Shown here one piece after another: positions 37,576-52,860 of a stretch of DNA of 64,000 bases (its first letter is position 1; each line of letters starts with the position of its first letter). Source of the stretch: Phallusia mammillata. Lineage: Eukaryota. The stretch covers positions 13,454,001 through 13,518,000 of the forward strand of contig OZ281495.1 of the NCBI GenBank assembly GCA_965637545.1, written 5' to 3'. Below the pieces are notes generated by a model. The model did not search any database. It was not told where the DNA came from and saw nothing but the letters and a program-made list of their open reading frames with translations. The translations under genes were made by a program, and so were the position numbers.

Positions 37576-40500
37576 TAATCGTCAACAAGAACTACTAGCA
37601 CCGGTTTCGATATGCATTACAGTAAATCTTTACAAAAAACAACAACAAGCGGATTTGATTTAATGTCGCAAGCATCATCTGTCAATCATTTTCTCCAGAG
37701 GGAAATGAAAAGGGGGGATTTGCAGTGAAGCCCGTCGATATGAATTCCAAGTGGAACAAAACAAGGCTATAATTTTCAGCCAAGCGTCCGCATTCAGCCC
37801 TAACCGTGACGCGAGAGGACACTGCTCGGGTTTCAATGCGGCGATAATCCAACCGACAATTTTGCTTGCCACAAGTATTGGTTTACGACGAACTTCACGT
37901 TTTCGAAGCTGTTTCACTGAAATATTGCCGTATGTCGATTCTCCTGCCTGAGCCGGGGTAAAAACATTTGTGTCGCCAAAAAGTTTTGGCACGTAGAGAT
38001 TTTACTACTTTGTAGCTACTGTGCCGTTTGTTTCGTAAGTAACGTAAGTAATATCAAAACTCTTGTTTATTGGTAATTACACAAAAAGGTTGAATACGAA
38101 GTAGTCTTGGTAAAAACAAAACAAAAACGACATTTTAGGAATCCTACAGCTTTATCCGATTTGATTATAATGGCAAGTTAACGAATACCAGTCGCACCTA
38201 TATCCAATTACTATGAAAAGTATTCACCGTGCGTATTGTATAAACTTGGACGTGGTTGCCCTCGAAACGATCATCACAAATCCAAACTATTACGTCAACT
38301 AGTGATTTTGTTGCGGTACTTTTGAATTTCAAAACTTGGCCAAACACAAAAACATACTTAAAGGCTTTCGCACTGGGTTATTGCATAGTGATGTGATTGA
38401 ACAGAAGGCCACACGCGAACAGGATTTTATGCCTGTTAACTTTGCTGTCGTGTACGAAAGCGTTAAACTTTACTGCGTTCCAAAGGTTATGATGAATCAA
38501 CTGGTGTAGATGCACGGTGATTGGGAAAGCAAATAGGCGAGTCGACGGTAAGGCTTTTTACGCACATTTGGATACAAATGAGATTACAGTTCAACTTTGA
38601 GGCTTAGAGTCGCTTCGCTTTTAGCACGCGACCTTTTGTCGAAATCAATTTTTCTCAAGACATGGAACTAAGCCAAACTTTGCACCCAGTTTGAAAGTGA
38701 TGATTTACACAGGGTTAATACCACTTAGAGTGAATTTGTCATGGTATAGGCCATAGGAAGTCATATTTTTGCAGAACAACTTGCGAGGTAATGTGGTAAT
38801 AAAACTCGTGGGTAACGTTTTGTCTCTGATATCTGTCAATTTAACGACAGAAAAACGTTGATAACCTGCTATTTTTGCCCTTATGTGCTCCCAACGACCT
38901 GTGCCTCAGAAAATCCAAAACAAATTTATTCGATTTAAGATCGTTGATCACCGGCAGCAATCTTCATTCATAGTACAAAGGAACGTTTGTTAAACAACCT
39001 GAGTGGACTGAAAGCAAATCGGGTCAACAACATTGGGATTGTGGAACGGAAATCTGCAAGTTTGCGCTGCATCAGTTTCGGAAACGATCAACGCACCAAC
39101 GAGTCAGGCGCTCCCCTCCACCAACCGCCATTTCACAACATTTATCCAAGCTACAAGGCTTAACGGATCGAGGTAGCAGCCACATGCAAGGAACCGTCCA
39201 ACCCCACACGCCTGTGAATATCGAATAACAGGATCTTTCTAAAGCGCAACAAAGTCGACTGAGCACGGCCCCCTGCGGCCATCTTGGGTGTCCCGCGCTG
39301 AGTGACGTATAAACAAGGGGTCTACACATCTCCATCCAACCCCAACTTTGCCCCTTTAATTAAACTACTGGGTCTCCATGGGCTGTGACGCAAATGGAAG
39401 CCAAGGGGATGACCTAACATGGCCATGGAATTTTCTGGTATGGGAATGATGAACGATGCTTTTCGTAACATTCAGGCAATTGTATCGATAATTGACGTGG
39501 AGAAAGGGATGAAATTATTGTTATTGCAATTTTCCATTAGCTTGAAATGATACGTTCCTTTTATTGCTAAAATTTGCACCATTACCCTGAAACAGGTAGC
39601 ACGTTTGTCTGGAGTCTTGAGAAACGTTTGCACCGCTTTCCTGAATTCACACACCGCAGAAATCGTTTAACCTGTTTTAAATCCCTAAAACAAACCTTTT
39701 AATTTTTCTGCCATTCAGCACCATTCGTCAACTCCACCACTACAAACATTCAAATGAGCATTGTTGTGTAATGTTTACCACTTTTGCGGCAACCAGAAAT
39801 AACAGGAATATTGAAATTTTTAATAGCTACCGCAGTGATCGACTCGTGCAAAAATCGCTGACTAAAATAGATGTCAATCGCACGATATCGGATCAAATTC
39901 GCGCAAATTGCCTCCGCCTAGAGATCATCGTCGAAAAGCAGCAAAGTGAGCAAGAAGCGGAAAACATCCGGTAAAGAGAACGATTGGGTGATCGACTGTT
40001 TCGTTCTTAGGTTACCCCTGAGATGACCGCGCTTGATATACTTGAAGCAGTTAGGAGTCAAGTTGTTATTACACTTTATTTATTATCGCACCAGTCGTTT
40101 TTCCACAATGATTCAAGTAAAATTCAATGGTTCAATACGAAACAGAAAAACTAATGTGTTCCCTTATCTATACTAAGTTGTACGCTATTTACAATAGTTC
40201 GCGGTGCAAAAAAACGTTCATTTTACCCCTCATTTGTTCAGCCGTACAAAGATGTTATTGAACCAACCGGTAAAAGGAATGTGGGGAATAAAAACGATTT
40301 TAAAATGTAGTGTAAACCTATGAACAATATTGTCAACAAACTACTTCGTTTTATGTTGTGTAAAAGTGTATTGAAGAAGAGGAATGTGGCAATGACGGGG
40401 GTAAGTCAATCGAGGTCGTTGCAGTTGATCTGTAGCGAGTGAACGTAGTGTTTACAGTAAACATCGCCTACAGCACCCAAGCCCTGATTCTCAAGCACCT

Positions 40501-43500
40501 TTCAACGAATCCTTTCACCCTTAAGCTCTGAGATGAACCCACAATTGTCACTATTATCTGTAAATCGTGCGGCAACGCCAGGAAGTAAATAAAGGGGTTT
40601 GGGGCCTTTGCAGGGTCCGTGCACTTTCTGGGCCTCCACCTATTGGGAGCAAACGTAATACAAAGATAAAGGGCAGCTTGGCGCGTGTCACTCAATTCTT
40701 CTGTCACAATCGTGGACGTTCTCGAATATATACGTCACAATGGATCTCGCGGGTTTAACGCCTTTGTCACGTGCATTCAGGCGAGAAAGCCCGGGTATAT
40801 TGTGCTGCCGGTCACCTTCCCTTAGTGAGAACGATATGGAGGTTAAGCAGAACATTGACGGGCCGCGTAGACGATAACAAATTGCCTTTAACTTTACGCT
40901 TGATCGCCGCGGAACGTCAACATATTATTCGTTTAATGTAAAGCTATCACGTAAGTGGTTTTTCAGATCTTTTTGTAGATAAAAGCAACAGGTGTAACTT
41001 GGTTTGCGCGTTGCCTGTCTTTGTACTTTAAATGACGCAATTTAGGGTGTAAGCGGTCGTTTCAGAACAGGAGTGCGAGACTGTATGTCACAATATCTTC
41101 TCAAACAGAGATGCCGAAAAACTTTTTCTAGCGACACTTACACGTACACACAAATATGTCACTGTTAATAGCCGCCGATGTACTGGTCAAGGGCGTTAAA
41201 AAAGGCAAGAAAATTACAACTTCAACCCACTAGCAAAGCAAACTGTTTATTGCTAGATATATGCCATTAAACGCATTTTTGAGATACACGAAACCCTGCG
41301 AATGTGGCCCCGTCGTTGTCGCCTTACCATCCACTTAGAGACGCCGGCAGAAAAAGCGCGACCTTGTGTGGTCACTATATGCGGTGAGACTTCACTACAG
41401 GAGCAGATTTCACACCCACCAAAAATGTAACTCTCCTACAGAGAAACGGTTCGAGGAGGCGCAATATGCAGACATAACAAGGTTGTATATCGTCACGAGA
41501 ATGAAAGAAAAAAATACCCAAATGTTCGATGTCACATTATTTTTACCAAAGAAACTTTAAAACTTAACGCGCACTTCAGTGAGTAATACTTGCTAACATC
41601 GTTTTTTTTTGATAACTTCTGTAGCTGACCCGTAGTGGATCATACATGTAAGACGCATTCATCACACAAATAACATTAGTGTGTCGGTAGCAAATATAGA
41701 AATAGCCTTGAAAATCGACACAATTTTCGCCTGAGACAAATGCACAAGCTTGGCTAGGAGAATTATATTAAACTTCAAACGTATTTAAGCCATTGCAAAG
41801 GAGTGTGCTTTATTGACAACGAACATTTACTTTGAAATCCCATCATGCGTTGAAGGACCAATTTCTCGCAATAGCGGGAAACACTGTACTAAACTAAATA
41901 TACTGTAGAGCTGGGATTGGCAAGCCCAGTGTCTGGCCGTGAGGAGTTTATTACTGGTCCGTGAACTTTTTCAGGTTAAATGCTTTCTTGATTTTGTTTC
42001 TAGGAATGATAAAACGATTCATGTATATAACTTGTCTGAGCACTTGGCTGTAATAAATTTCATTTGCTGAACATTCAGAGAATACTTGACAAAATGCGTG
42101 GGCATGTTAACACACAAATCAGAACAAAGTTCCTTGAATTACATTACTTGTTGTCAAATATCACTTTGGCAACGTCGGGTCAAATCACTGAAACCAAGCT
42201 GTTTTCGCCTGACCCACGTGGCGAAATGTCAACAGTGGCCAGCGGCTTTTAGTCACTGAGTTGTCGCAAGCTGTCGATTGTGTCATGGAGGGCTTACGCA
42301 AACATCAATAACAAACGCCATTCTCACGCAATAATGAAACAGAGCACAGGTTCTCTTAAGCAACATCGCCCAGTCTTTTGGTTAATCATGTTATGAGTTT
42401 GTAACAAGATCTGTTAAAGACCGTTAGTCAACATCTTAAATTTAGTACTTACGGTTGTCAAGGTCAAAACCAAGAATGTCCTACTCCATAGGTACAAGTC
42501 CATTCTGGCTTCACCACGTTTTTTTTGTGTTTTATGAGACAAACTTAAGATTACACATGAAATCTGCAAAACATGTGGTAACATTTCAGTAAATTTTGAT
42601 TTTCTCACGCCTACTACTGGCCACTGAACAGCTCCGCAACTTCTGGCGGCCTTTTGAGACGAGGAATGCGGCCAAAATCTGAAAGTAGTTTGTGCGCTAC
42701 ACACCAAACGTAACGATGTAAATTCCGGGTGAGCAAAATTGCACCATTTGGTTTTACGAGGCATGCAACAAGGTAAACAACATTGCCTGCAAGTACTGGC
42801 TGTCGGACATTAACCAATAAAATCACTGCGCGGCTGGGCTTTCAACACAAACCCGGATCAGCAGATAGCAAACAAAATTCACGTTTGCAAAACACAATCA
42901 GGAGCAAGACTCATGGCCTTGTGACGGTCAGGCACGTAAGCGCTCGGACATTTGTGATCAACACTATCCTGTGGTTTACTATTAGGATGTATACTTTGTC
43001 AACTACCTGCCAGAGCCAAAATGCTATCACTGAACTGATCTACGCTAGTATCACCAAGCATCGCCAAACATCAATCAGCAATTACTGGCATAATTGAGGA
43101 AAGCGCCTCTTTCTGCCAGTGCTTTCAGCGTCCAGCGATTTGCAACAACATTCGCAGGCAAGATCAGCCACTGCGCGTTGTTGACTAACGCCATGCCTGT
43201 TATACAAGGGGGAAAGGCGAGAGCGCATACGAAAAACGCGCGCCTCGCAAGCCACTGTTCACTATTTGTTCTGTGTACATTGCGTATTTGCAAAGACATA
43301 AACTCCCTGATTTATTTGTTTTATCGCAACACAACTCATTGATGTTTGGCACATGCATGACGTGCATGCTTAAAAATAATATTTTTTTACAGAACCACCA
43401 TAAACTCAAAAAAAAGTTAAAAATATACTTAATTTTGGAGTGAAAGGATGTGCTTGTAACCATATGGGTACAAGCAAGGTCATGCCAAGCACAAGGGTTG

Positions 43501-46500
43501 CTGGAAGGTAAGTTTATAGATACTAAATATTGTACAAAACATGAATGTTGTACCGATATCCCATATGTACCGATTTTAAGACCATCTGCAATTCGTTTGA
43601 TGTCCAGCTATATCCAAGGAAATGTTAAACATGCTTTGCTGATAAGTGAAGAAACCACGACCAACCGGCATTACGACCACGAAGTCAAACCAGTTAGAGG
43701 TCAAAGTTTATCTCAAACAAGCAAAGTCAATACCTTGACAACAGAAGGCACCACACCACTTTATCATGGCAGTTTCGACCTTCGGCACCTGATATTAGAA
43801 TAGCACTGATACAGGGAGTAACTAACACAGTACAATGTTTACCTACAAAATGGCAAATCTGGCGTACCTTGGTAAAGTCGGCTGAATAACAACTTTTTTA
43901 TTTGAAGCACTTTCATGTTTAGCATCAACAATTTTTTAGTTGGAACTTATAAGAAAATTCCGAGAGAAGAAAGTTGTACAGTTTGTAACAATCATATTTA
44001 CAGCATATTTTTGTCACAGAGCCGAGTTACCAAATCAATTACACTGGATTCTTTTTCAACTCAATCGCTCAGGTCCAGATCCACGTTTATTGGTCCGATG
44101 GAAAAAGTGATTTTGTAGCGACACATTGTTTTTAACACCAGCCAAATGTACAGATTGGAGACTGACAGAAAAAAGATTGCATCACTGACAGTCCCGTGCA
44201 AAAGGCGGCGCCAAACTCGACAGCAGCAGGAAGACTGTGATCAGGACCGCTGTGAATGAATCACAGCAAATTCAATCACTGATCCAAAAATATCCCAACA
44301 ACGCGACGAAACGCGACCGAAACATTTCAGCGCTGAAGGAATTTTCTTTTCAGCACGGAATACAACAAAGTGGTTGGACCCGCCCATGAGTAACCGATGA
44401 TCGCAAATAGCCCGAGTGGGTGTCGGGGTTGCATGGCTGCTGGACCTGCAAGGAATACCGTACAGGTTCAAGTTATGTCTCGTGTCTACGCCCTTGCGCC
44501 TGTAATTAGGGATGAGCAGATTTTTAACACGCCTTGGTTTAAAACGTGCGAAATATCTATTTGCCACTACAATCGTCAGGACGTCAATGCGAAATAGTTA
44601 CGTCAATTCATGAAATGTTATCAACTAAGACTACATTGAGTGACACTCACTCAAGTATTAAAAAACACAAAAATATGGTTATTTCACCTATAGTACGTTA
44701 TTTAGAAGTCCAAAATTTGGAAATGGATTTGAACGGTGGGACACTTTTACAATATCGAAACAACCGCCACAAAGACTCATTAAAATATGCTACATCATTG
44801 TTTTTTTTCATATTTTGCTCACGTCATGCTGCGGCCAGTCACAACTTGCAGGTGTTTAAATCGATGGTGGTTACGTCATGACACTGCAAATCCGACTGCG
44901 GCTTATCACAGGGCACGCAGGCAGTAATAACCAGCCAGCTTGTAATCCTCAACTCAAATATTTGCTCGCCTAAGCTGATGTTGTTGGCTTCTGCCCATTG
45001 CCAAGTCACCACACCCACCCCCGAAACCACATTACTCGTTGGGCTCGAACACACACAAGAACTTAAGGGATTTGAAACCCACGCAGTCGTTTATCATTCG
45101 GCACTCCTATACACCCATCTCAAACCAAGCACCAGGCGTAAATTGTCCTTTGTTTGGTATTTTGAGGTGGAAAAATTTAACAAAACGGAATTTCAACACG
45201 TTTGACATGCTGATTTGCAGATACAGGGCAGTTTGAATTCCTGTTCAACGCAATGTACCAGCTTTTTGCTTCCTAAAGGGTTGATACCATTTAGATTTAC
45301 CCATCTTTTCTTTTATATGCACATTTTAGGGAAAAAAGTAATAAGGCAATCTACGTCTAAGATCTTAGAAACCAGGGACCCTAACACAGCAACCCGAATA
45401 CACACAGTGTTGGCCGGAAATCCTTCTCGACTCTTCACAACGCATCATCGACGGGGAAAAGGATTTATCCCGAACGGCATTGCCGCGTCATCTATAGTTC
45501 CTTGTGCTTGTCCAGGTGCCTGGAATGTCGGTTCCCACGACACGACATAACGAATTGAGCCATAGAAGGCGGTACTTAGCAAACAAGTTCAAGTTGATGG
45601 AACGCTGATTTGAAGGCTGGTATGGACCGCATGACAACGCATCGCGCCCTTCCCCATTTGAACTATTCTCAAACTACTCGAGCCGGAAAAAATCAAAGCG
45701 CAAGTTTTACTCTGATCTCCAAGCCAGTAATCACATGCAGAGGGGCACACCCGGGGCCAGCTGGGTCCACGGGGTCATGTTGGGGTCCCGCTCGTTGGAA
45801 GGTGGGTAAACATTATGACGTAGAAGCGGTGGGCCTGGACAATGTACCTGACGATGGATGAAGTTGTATTTTGCGTGGGAATTGGTGTTTTCGCATCTTT
45901 TAAATACGGTAAGTTACACCATGCCGTGGACACACATATCAGCTAAAGGTTAGCTTATGGAACTAATCATGGTTCACAGCATGGCGTGGACACGCATATT
46001 TTTAAAAATCATTTGCTGCCAAGTTTGCATATGTTCCCTTTACACACGTTTAAGAATCGAACACTTTGTTCCATCATGGCGGCTAAACTGTATCATTTTG
46101 TCATGTTGACCTTTTTTACCTTATAAATGAGTCACATCACGCTTGTCGCGAAAACAACCTGAGTGTCGGTCACCGTAGATCCGGTTTGATAGGTCACCTG
46201 ACAACAGCAATTTCTCTTAGGTGGTCATGCAGTTACTGAGCAGTCAACAAGAGCACTTCCTATAAGTTTACTGGTAGGTTATTTACTTTTAAATGATCGC
46301 GAAACACTGATGTCCAGCGCCATACGCATTCCTTTTGCACCAGTAAACATAGTATCGCTTAACTGGATTACCGTGAAAATACAAGACACACAGCACGTCA
46401 CACTGAAAGTGTCGCCCAATGCCCTGATCTATCCACATACGATTCCAATTGCAGACATCTTAGTGCTACGGGTTCAAAAGCTTTTAGCATGAAGAGTTAT

Positions 46501-46781
46501 TTTTTCCAGAAGAAAGTACCTGATTCAAAAAAGCTTGGTCAAGGTTTAGTGATCAACAACAATAATGTCGGGGGTTTAGATTTAAATATGTCGGCATACA
46601 ATATGCTTCCTTCTTGGCTATTTAAAGACCGTAAAGTACCGGGTAGTGCCGACGTGGACAAACAGGACAAACCCAAATTACTCCCCCATACGTGAAAAAT
46701 TCACCACGGTTTTTCCGTTAAAGTGTGTTGCTTAGCAGCCAAGTACCCCTCTTGGGGCGGTGTGTCATCAACGTTGCGCAT

Positions 46782-46819
46782 ATTGTGAGTTTACATTTAA
46801 ACATTGTGAGTTTACATTT
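46782..46819. repeat. 21-bp tandem duplication (attgtgagtttacattt)
   Basis: Two adjacent copies read directly from the sequence. Confidence 0.8.
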
Positions 46820-49800
46820 TTTTTTTGGTTCGTCATAATCCAGATTCATCAGTACCATGTTTTGTGACTGCATTTTATATTCAAATTCGTAAATTCGGAA
46901 AAAAAGTGTTCTATGAGAACAGAGCGCAATATTAAAGATCGGTGAACTGTTCGGTAAAGTATTCCCAACCTACGATGCGATTTCGATCCAAATTTTCGGT
47001 GATTTTCCTTAATTCATCCAAACAAGTTGTTCTGCAATGTATAGTTTGATCGCAGCACGTGAAAAAACACAAACAAATATGCATCGACCAGGCTTTTTAA
47101 CCGATTACCTACTTACTAGAGCACCTTGCAAAATCTTTGACGTCAATCACTACTTCAGGAACCAAAAAAGATTTTTTTGCACAAGAAAGGTTACAAATCC
47201 CAAAACACCCCGCAAAAGTCAGTTGCCATCTCCCCTACTCCAGGCAAAAGTCAACAACAGCTCGAAACAATCTTGAAACCGATGGTTGGCGATGAGGGGT
47301 GCTTTGGTGCGTCATACAGACTTATTCTTAGAGCGTATGAATGTCAAACCCCAAAACAGAAGCTTCGTTTCGATGGCCTTTTCCTAGTAATGGTGATTTG
47401 GCGGGATTTGGGTACTTATGTAATGATTTCAAAAAACAGGTTGGAGAAATCTTTGCATAATGATTTTGTGTTCAGTTTTATGGGAGTAGTGCCAAAGTAT
47501 AAACAAACGAGATGTACTTGTTAGTTGTCCATCATTTCAAATCAATCATCAAACGCAGAAGCTAGTATATAAAACGGACGTGTTTTCCTATGCAACACTG
47601 ACACAAAACAACGTACTAGTTTTCTAACTGCATTGGTAAAAGTCAGTTTGAACCAAAACATTTTCTGTTAAAAACTGGCGTTCGTTTGTCATTACAATTG
47701 ACCACTTTTCTACATCTCGTGAGAAGAAATCGTTTTTCAAGTTCTGCGCGACCGCGGGAGGCTATCTTTCACCCGAACCTGTTGGTTTAGCAGCCCTTAT
47801 TCCGTCCACGCGGTTTACACAGGGCACAATGGCTCGCGTGACACCCAATTGTGTATTAGGCGATCTGTACAAAGCATTCTAAGTACCCGAAAGATAATGC
47901 CCAGTCGTTTATATCGGAAGGGAAAGCGAATGCTCATTTAGGGGCTTATCTATTTTTGCTTCGTGCTTGGGAACTTTAAAAGGCCTCAGCGCTTGATAAG
48001 GTTCGTGGCAAAGGCTTTTGATGCGCATAGAATTGCCGCCTCCCAGGGTTTCAGGCCAACAGTTTCGACAACTATTGGGGTTACGTTTAAGGCCACGGCG
48101 TGGGAACAGGAATTGCTACTGCTGGTCCCATTTGGGCGTTGCGCATCAGTTAAAAAGAAAGCGCGGTTAAATCCACTGTATACGGCTTACTATAAATTAT
48201 GTACCAACTTATCCAAAGACACTCGCGAGGGAGCTTTTTGCGCAGTCTGCGTGGATTAGGGTCTCCAGCAAACAGCAATTGTAGCCAGATAATCCAATCC
48301 TGCGTCTACGTTGATTGGCGTGGCGAATCAAAACACGGCCAGGTTCACAACCCAAAGCAAAGTTCACGCGTTGGTCACCTGGCAACAAAATCTGTACCTC
48401 ACGTCATACGTCGCTGTAGCAACCACCGACTGTCAGCGGGAACAGTATAACTTCCGGGCAGGTGGAAATCAAAGCGGAAATTGGCATATAGTCGGGTGCA
48501 GCCAAAATTCACATTTAATATTAACATATGCTTCGTCAACATATCGCAAACTGTCGTATTGCTTGCGTTGTGCACAAAACAACGTAAGTACCTGCAGGAA
48601 AACACTGGCTATTTTCAACCACTTTGACTGGGAAAACACTGTTACTTGCAGCTGTGTTCTCATCCCAAAAGTTTGATCCTATTCGATATGAAGCCTTCTT
48701 AGGGCTTAGCTTCAACCACACTCATTTGGCGCTTAAGTAAAACTAACCACTCAAATGCAACTGCTAAAACCAATTGGGAGCTTTATAAAGGAATATAAAA
48801 CCAACCGCCATTTCTAAAGAAATTAAGTTTTTAATTGACCTTTCATTAAAAGTTTCAACATTTTTTAGAATTAAATAGTAAAAGTAAACTTAATAGCTCC
48901 TTTCCCATGTCTCATGGTACCGGTGGGTGTTTTATAGCGAACATTCATTGCTCTTTTCCATTCATTTCCTACAAAGACGAACAAACCTCAGAGCAAATAT
49001 CAAATTCTTCCGCAGCAAACGTTCCATTCCAGTCAATCAATCTAAATGTTTTCGCAAATCAATTTCCAGGACTGTGAGTCATACACATACACAATGAAAC
49101 TAAAACAGAGAAAAATAGGCGGACGTAAGAGCCCATTCTTCCTATCCTAATCTACACAAATAAGCATTACCAGTATAGCCTCCTGCTATCGGAAGAAAGT
49201 CTGAACTAGGATTATGATGATTTATAGATTTACTCTGGATGGGCGACGTTATATCACTGCAAACTCTCTGTCAAGTCGAAATTCCTTTCCTATAATGGAC
49301 AATTGAAGATCAGCTCCAAACTAAAGGTTTTGTGTTTTCTGCTCTACTAATAAACGATCGAATGTTACCACAGTGATGGACTTTTTCAATAGAGCATGGA
49401 TTGGTTTCAACACCTGCCTGATGTGCTGCCACAATGAGTTCTGTCTCAAATCGCAACAAAGGCGCTTCTGTGTTTCTTATCAGCATCACCGGCACGATTT
49501 TGTGCGTGTTGTTCCATGGGCAGTTACAAGCTGTCAAGTCAAGTGAAATTGCATTTGCATTGTCATCGACAAACAGTTTCATAAAACAGTAACGACACCA
49601 AAACAACCATGGTTTATCAGTCGCAATTTTTTCAACAGCAATGCCAGCTGCGTGAAGGAATTTGTTACACTTTGTTGTCGGACGTTAATTGTGTACAGAT
49701 ATGTAATCTTCTCAACCTAATTTTGCTATGGTTTACAACTTTATACACAAATTAATAACAGTGATATAAGCAGGATGTTTTTAACGGTCAAACAACAGTT

Positions 49801-52800
49801 CTACGAACCTAGTTGTTTGCTTCATGACTCTCTGATGTTTTCGGGGAACCTCAGCGGAAAGGTTGCCGATCGGACCACTTACAAAGCGGTTCGGGGCCAG
49901 CTAAATTTACACAAACATCACGATTCTTTCCACTGGACAATCGTCGGGCAAACAAGGGTGTTTGGGCTTTACAACCCTGCAGGAACGTTCAACGTCCACA
50001 TGGAGAAACGGGACACTTGACACGATAACCAATGTTTTTTTCGGTGTCCTTGCTGTTTTACGAAACTGTTACGAAACTGTTCAAATAAATTTTGACTAAA
50101 CTTGACTTGGAGCCATCGCCGTGTCTGGTTGCTGGTGCAATGTGGCCTTAATTATGCCTATATCAGACGCTAAAAGGGCAGAGAAATATGGAAGTTCCGG
50201 AGATAAAATTCAATCTGTACTTCCTGGCCGGGGTACATTTGCACTACTATTTTTAGTTTTTTTTTAATTTTTTCTTGTAACTGTAAATTCACCAGTAGGT
50301 GGAACTCTAATGTTTGAATTAAATGCTTAAAGTTTTGCAACTGAATAACTAAAACACACGATAATTGACTAATTGGTAAAACCGTACCTTAAATGCGTTT
50401 TTAGGTCTGGTCAATTTGGGCTTTGTTGGGCAAATATGGAGTTTTGGTTTGGATCTTCAAAAGCGGGTTTCGTGTCTTTTATGACCTCATAAGATGGTAA
50501 ATATCTAGTCAACTCGGTCTAATATGTAAAAGAGACACTGGGCATCATTAATTGCACGTTGACGTATTGATTACGATCTTTTTGTGATCCTCCACAAATT
50601 TCTACAGCGTCCCTTTCGGGTATTGTAGTTACACGAGTTTAGCCATTGTCTGTATCATTTACTGACAACTCAATCAAAAAACAAGAGACAAATTCAAATC
50701 GGTCCAAGCCATTGTTGGCGCCAACGTCTGAATTGTTTCCAAAGTTCTGCGATACAAAGGCGATCCCGAAACACAACGCCGCCGTCGATAAAGATAAAGC
50801 TCACTCACTGTCAGCAAATGAATTTCCAATTGAAACAGATGAGCACCTGATAAAGTGTGGGAACAAAATGCGAAATCCGTCTGTGGTGCAAGACCGCCCC
50901 CAATATGGTATTGCAGCTAATGCCCTAAACAGGATCCCTAACAATGGAGAGAGGGTTAGGTTATTTTCAGGGTGAACTTGTTGCGACCTCAAGGGACTCT
51001 GAATCCAAGGTATGTGATTGGACTTACGTAGTGTTGATACAACGCTTTTGAAGGACCCAGTGCGAAGATACACGTCAAATACTATAGTGTTCCAAAGATT
51101 TGGATGGTTATAAATATTTGTTTTTTTAAATTGCCGCAGTTGAATGTAACAAAATAATTTTAATTAAGATGGACATAAACTCATAACTGGGATCCGCCCT
51201 GAAGGGTTTCAAGTTGGGTTATAAAATTATGGCATTATTTATTTGTTTGCAACAAAACAAGGAGGCAGGAGATGTAACTGCACCAAGAAAAAAATTAAAA
51301 CTTGAGCGTTTCAAATTGTACAACCTTTTCTTTTAATACACGTGCATAAATAACTATACAAGGTCATGTTTGGAAAAATCGTTGAAAGCGCGCAGTGGCA
51401 TCAACCTCCAACGACGACCGCGTTGTTTTCGAAATACGGGCTCCACGGCGCATAGCAACTCGCATTCCATTTGCTTGCCGCTACCGCCCAAGATCTCAGT
51501 GTCACAGTCAAGTGGCGCGGCGAAACAACGCCACTGTGACAAGTGCCAAACGCCACTCAAGTCAATAAAGTGGATTATGATGAGCCTATCAATCATGATC
51601 TCGACTTTCTTAATGCTACTTGACTGTTATTATCGGTTTAGGCTGAGGGTATTTTTTGAGGGCTTCGAATAAGGGTCGTATGGTTTCTCAATAAGTTGAG
51701 TGGGTAATTGATATATTTGGTGACACTTGGTGAATGTGGTAATGCTTCATGACGTTTGTGGCGTAAAAACAAAATGTTTCAATGAGCCTATAATCGTAAA
51801 ACTCTTTTGAGTTAACCATTTTTCAGTTCTCCAAGAATTGCTGTACGGGTATATAGGTTCTCTATTGAAATTTTGTTTTAGCAGAAACAAATTGGGCCAC
51901 AAAGGTTTTTTACTAACCCATGTGTTGCTTGATCAAAAATGGTTTTTGACATTGGTGTCAACAGCTTTTCAAAAACTACTGACTGCTGACAGAATGATTG
52001 CAGTTCAAATGCCTTACCAATATAAACAAGAGGTAAAAATAATGTATAATCAGGACGTGCAGTATATTTCTTCATGCACTTTACAAAACGCCGCTAGGCG
52101 AAAGCGCAATAGTTGCAGAAGTAAAAAAAGGTAAAACCCAATTTCGACATTAAATAACAATATAAATCGAATGCGGTTTGTTCGTTAAAGCGTCTTTGTA
52201 TGATTGCGTTTAGTGCAAAAAAAAGCACTAGAGTTACGACAACAATTTGGTTATGCTTAATATAATGGACATGCTGACATTCAATGTTTTACATGACGAA
52301 AAGGAATGTATGGAAGTTAAGTGTATCTGCTGTGCAGTTACACAAGACAACTAACATTGCACATTTTACAACGACAAAAGCTAATATTGTTTCTATTTAC
52401 AGTATTTACAGACTTTCCGCAATGGTTTGCTGCAACAACGACAAAAACAAATGGTTTGACACAGAACAGTGGCAGATACCTAAAATTCAAAACAAACGGC
52501 AACAGAAAAAACGTCAAGACTACTATAGCATGGAACGAGTTCACAAGAAACGGAGTTGAGAATATGACAAACATTACATAATAGACTGCACACAAAGCAG
52601 GCTACAAACACCAAAACAATTTTTGTTTTCTTATAAAATTGCGTGATCAAATGCTTCTAATTTGCACTTATTTCGTTTCATTATTTCTGGTGTATTTTTT
52701 TGTGACAGCAACAACACCAACAGTGACATTAAATAAGCGACAACAATTAGCGAAATACATTGAAACGTAACACTGCTTCGTATTTGGTAAAAATGTCGCA

Positions 52801-52860
52801 CTCACAAGAGGGGTAACACATGGAACAAATAAAACTACGTTGCTTGATCGATAGTTTGTC

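Noticed and set aside
45040-45110. B-box-like gttcgagccc and ggtttcaaatccc on the minus strand
   Set aside because: Box spacing is incompatible with a tRNA and no cloverleaf forms.
50646-50975. 109-aa plus-strand ORF
   Set aside because: Non-ATG start, no domain and no clear splice sites; cannot be supported as a gene.
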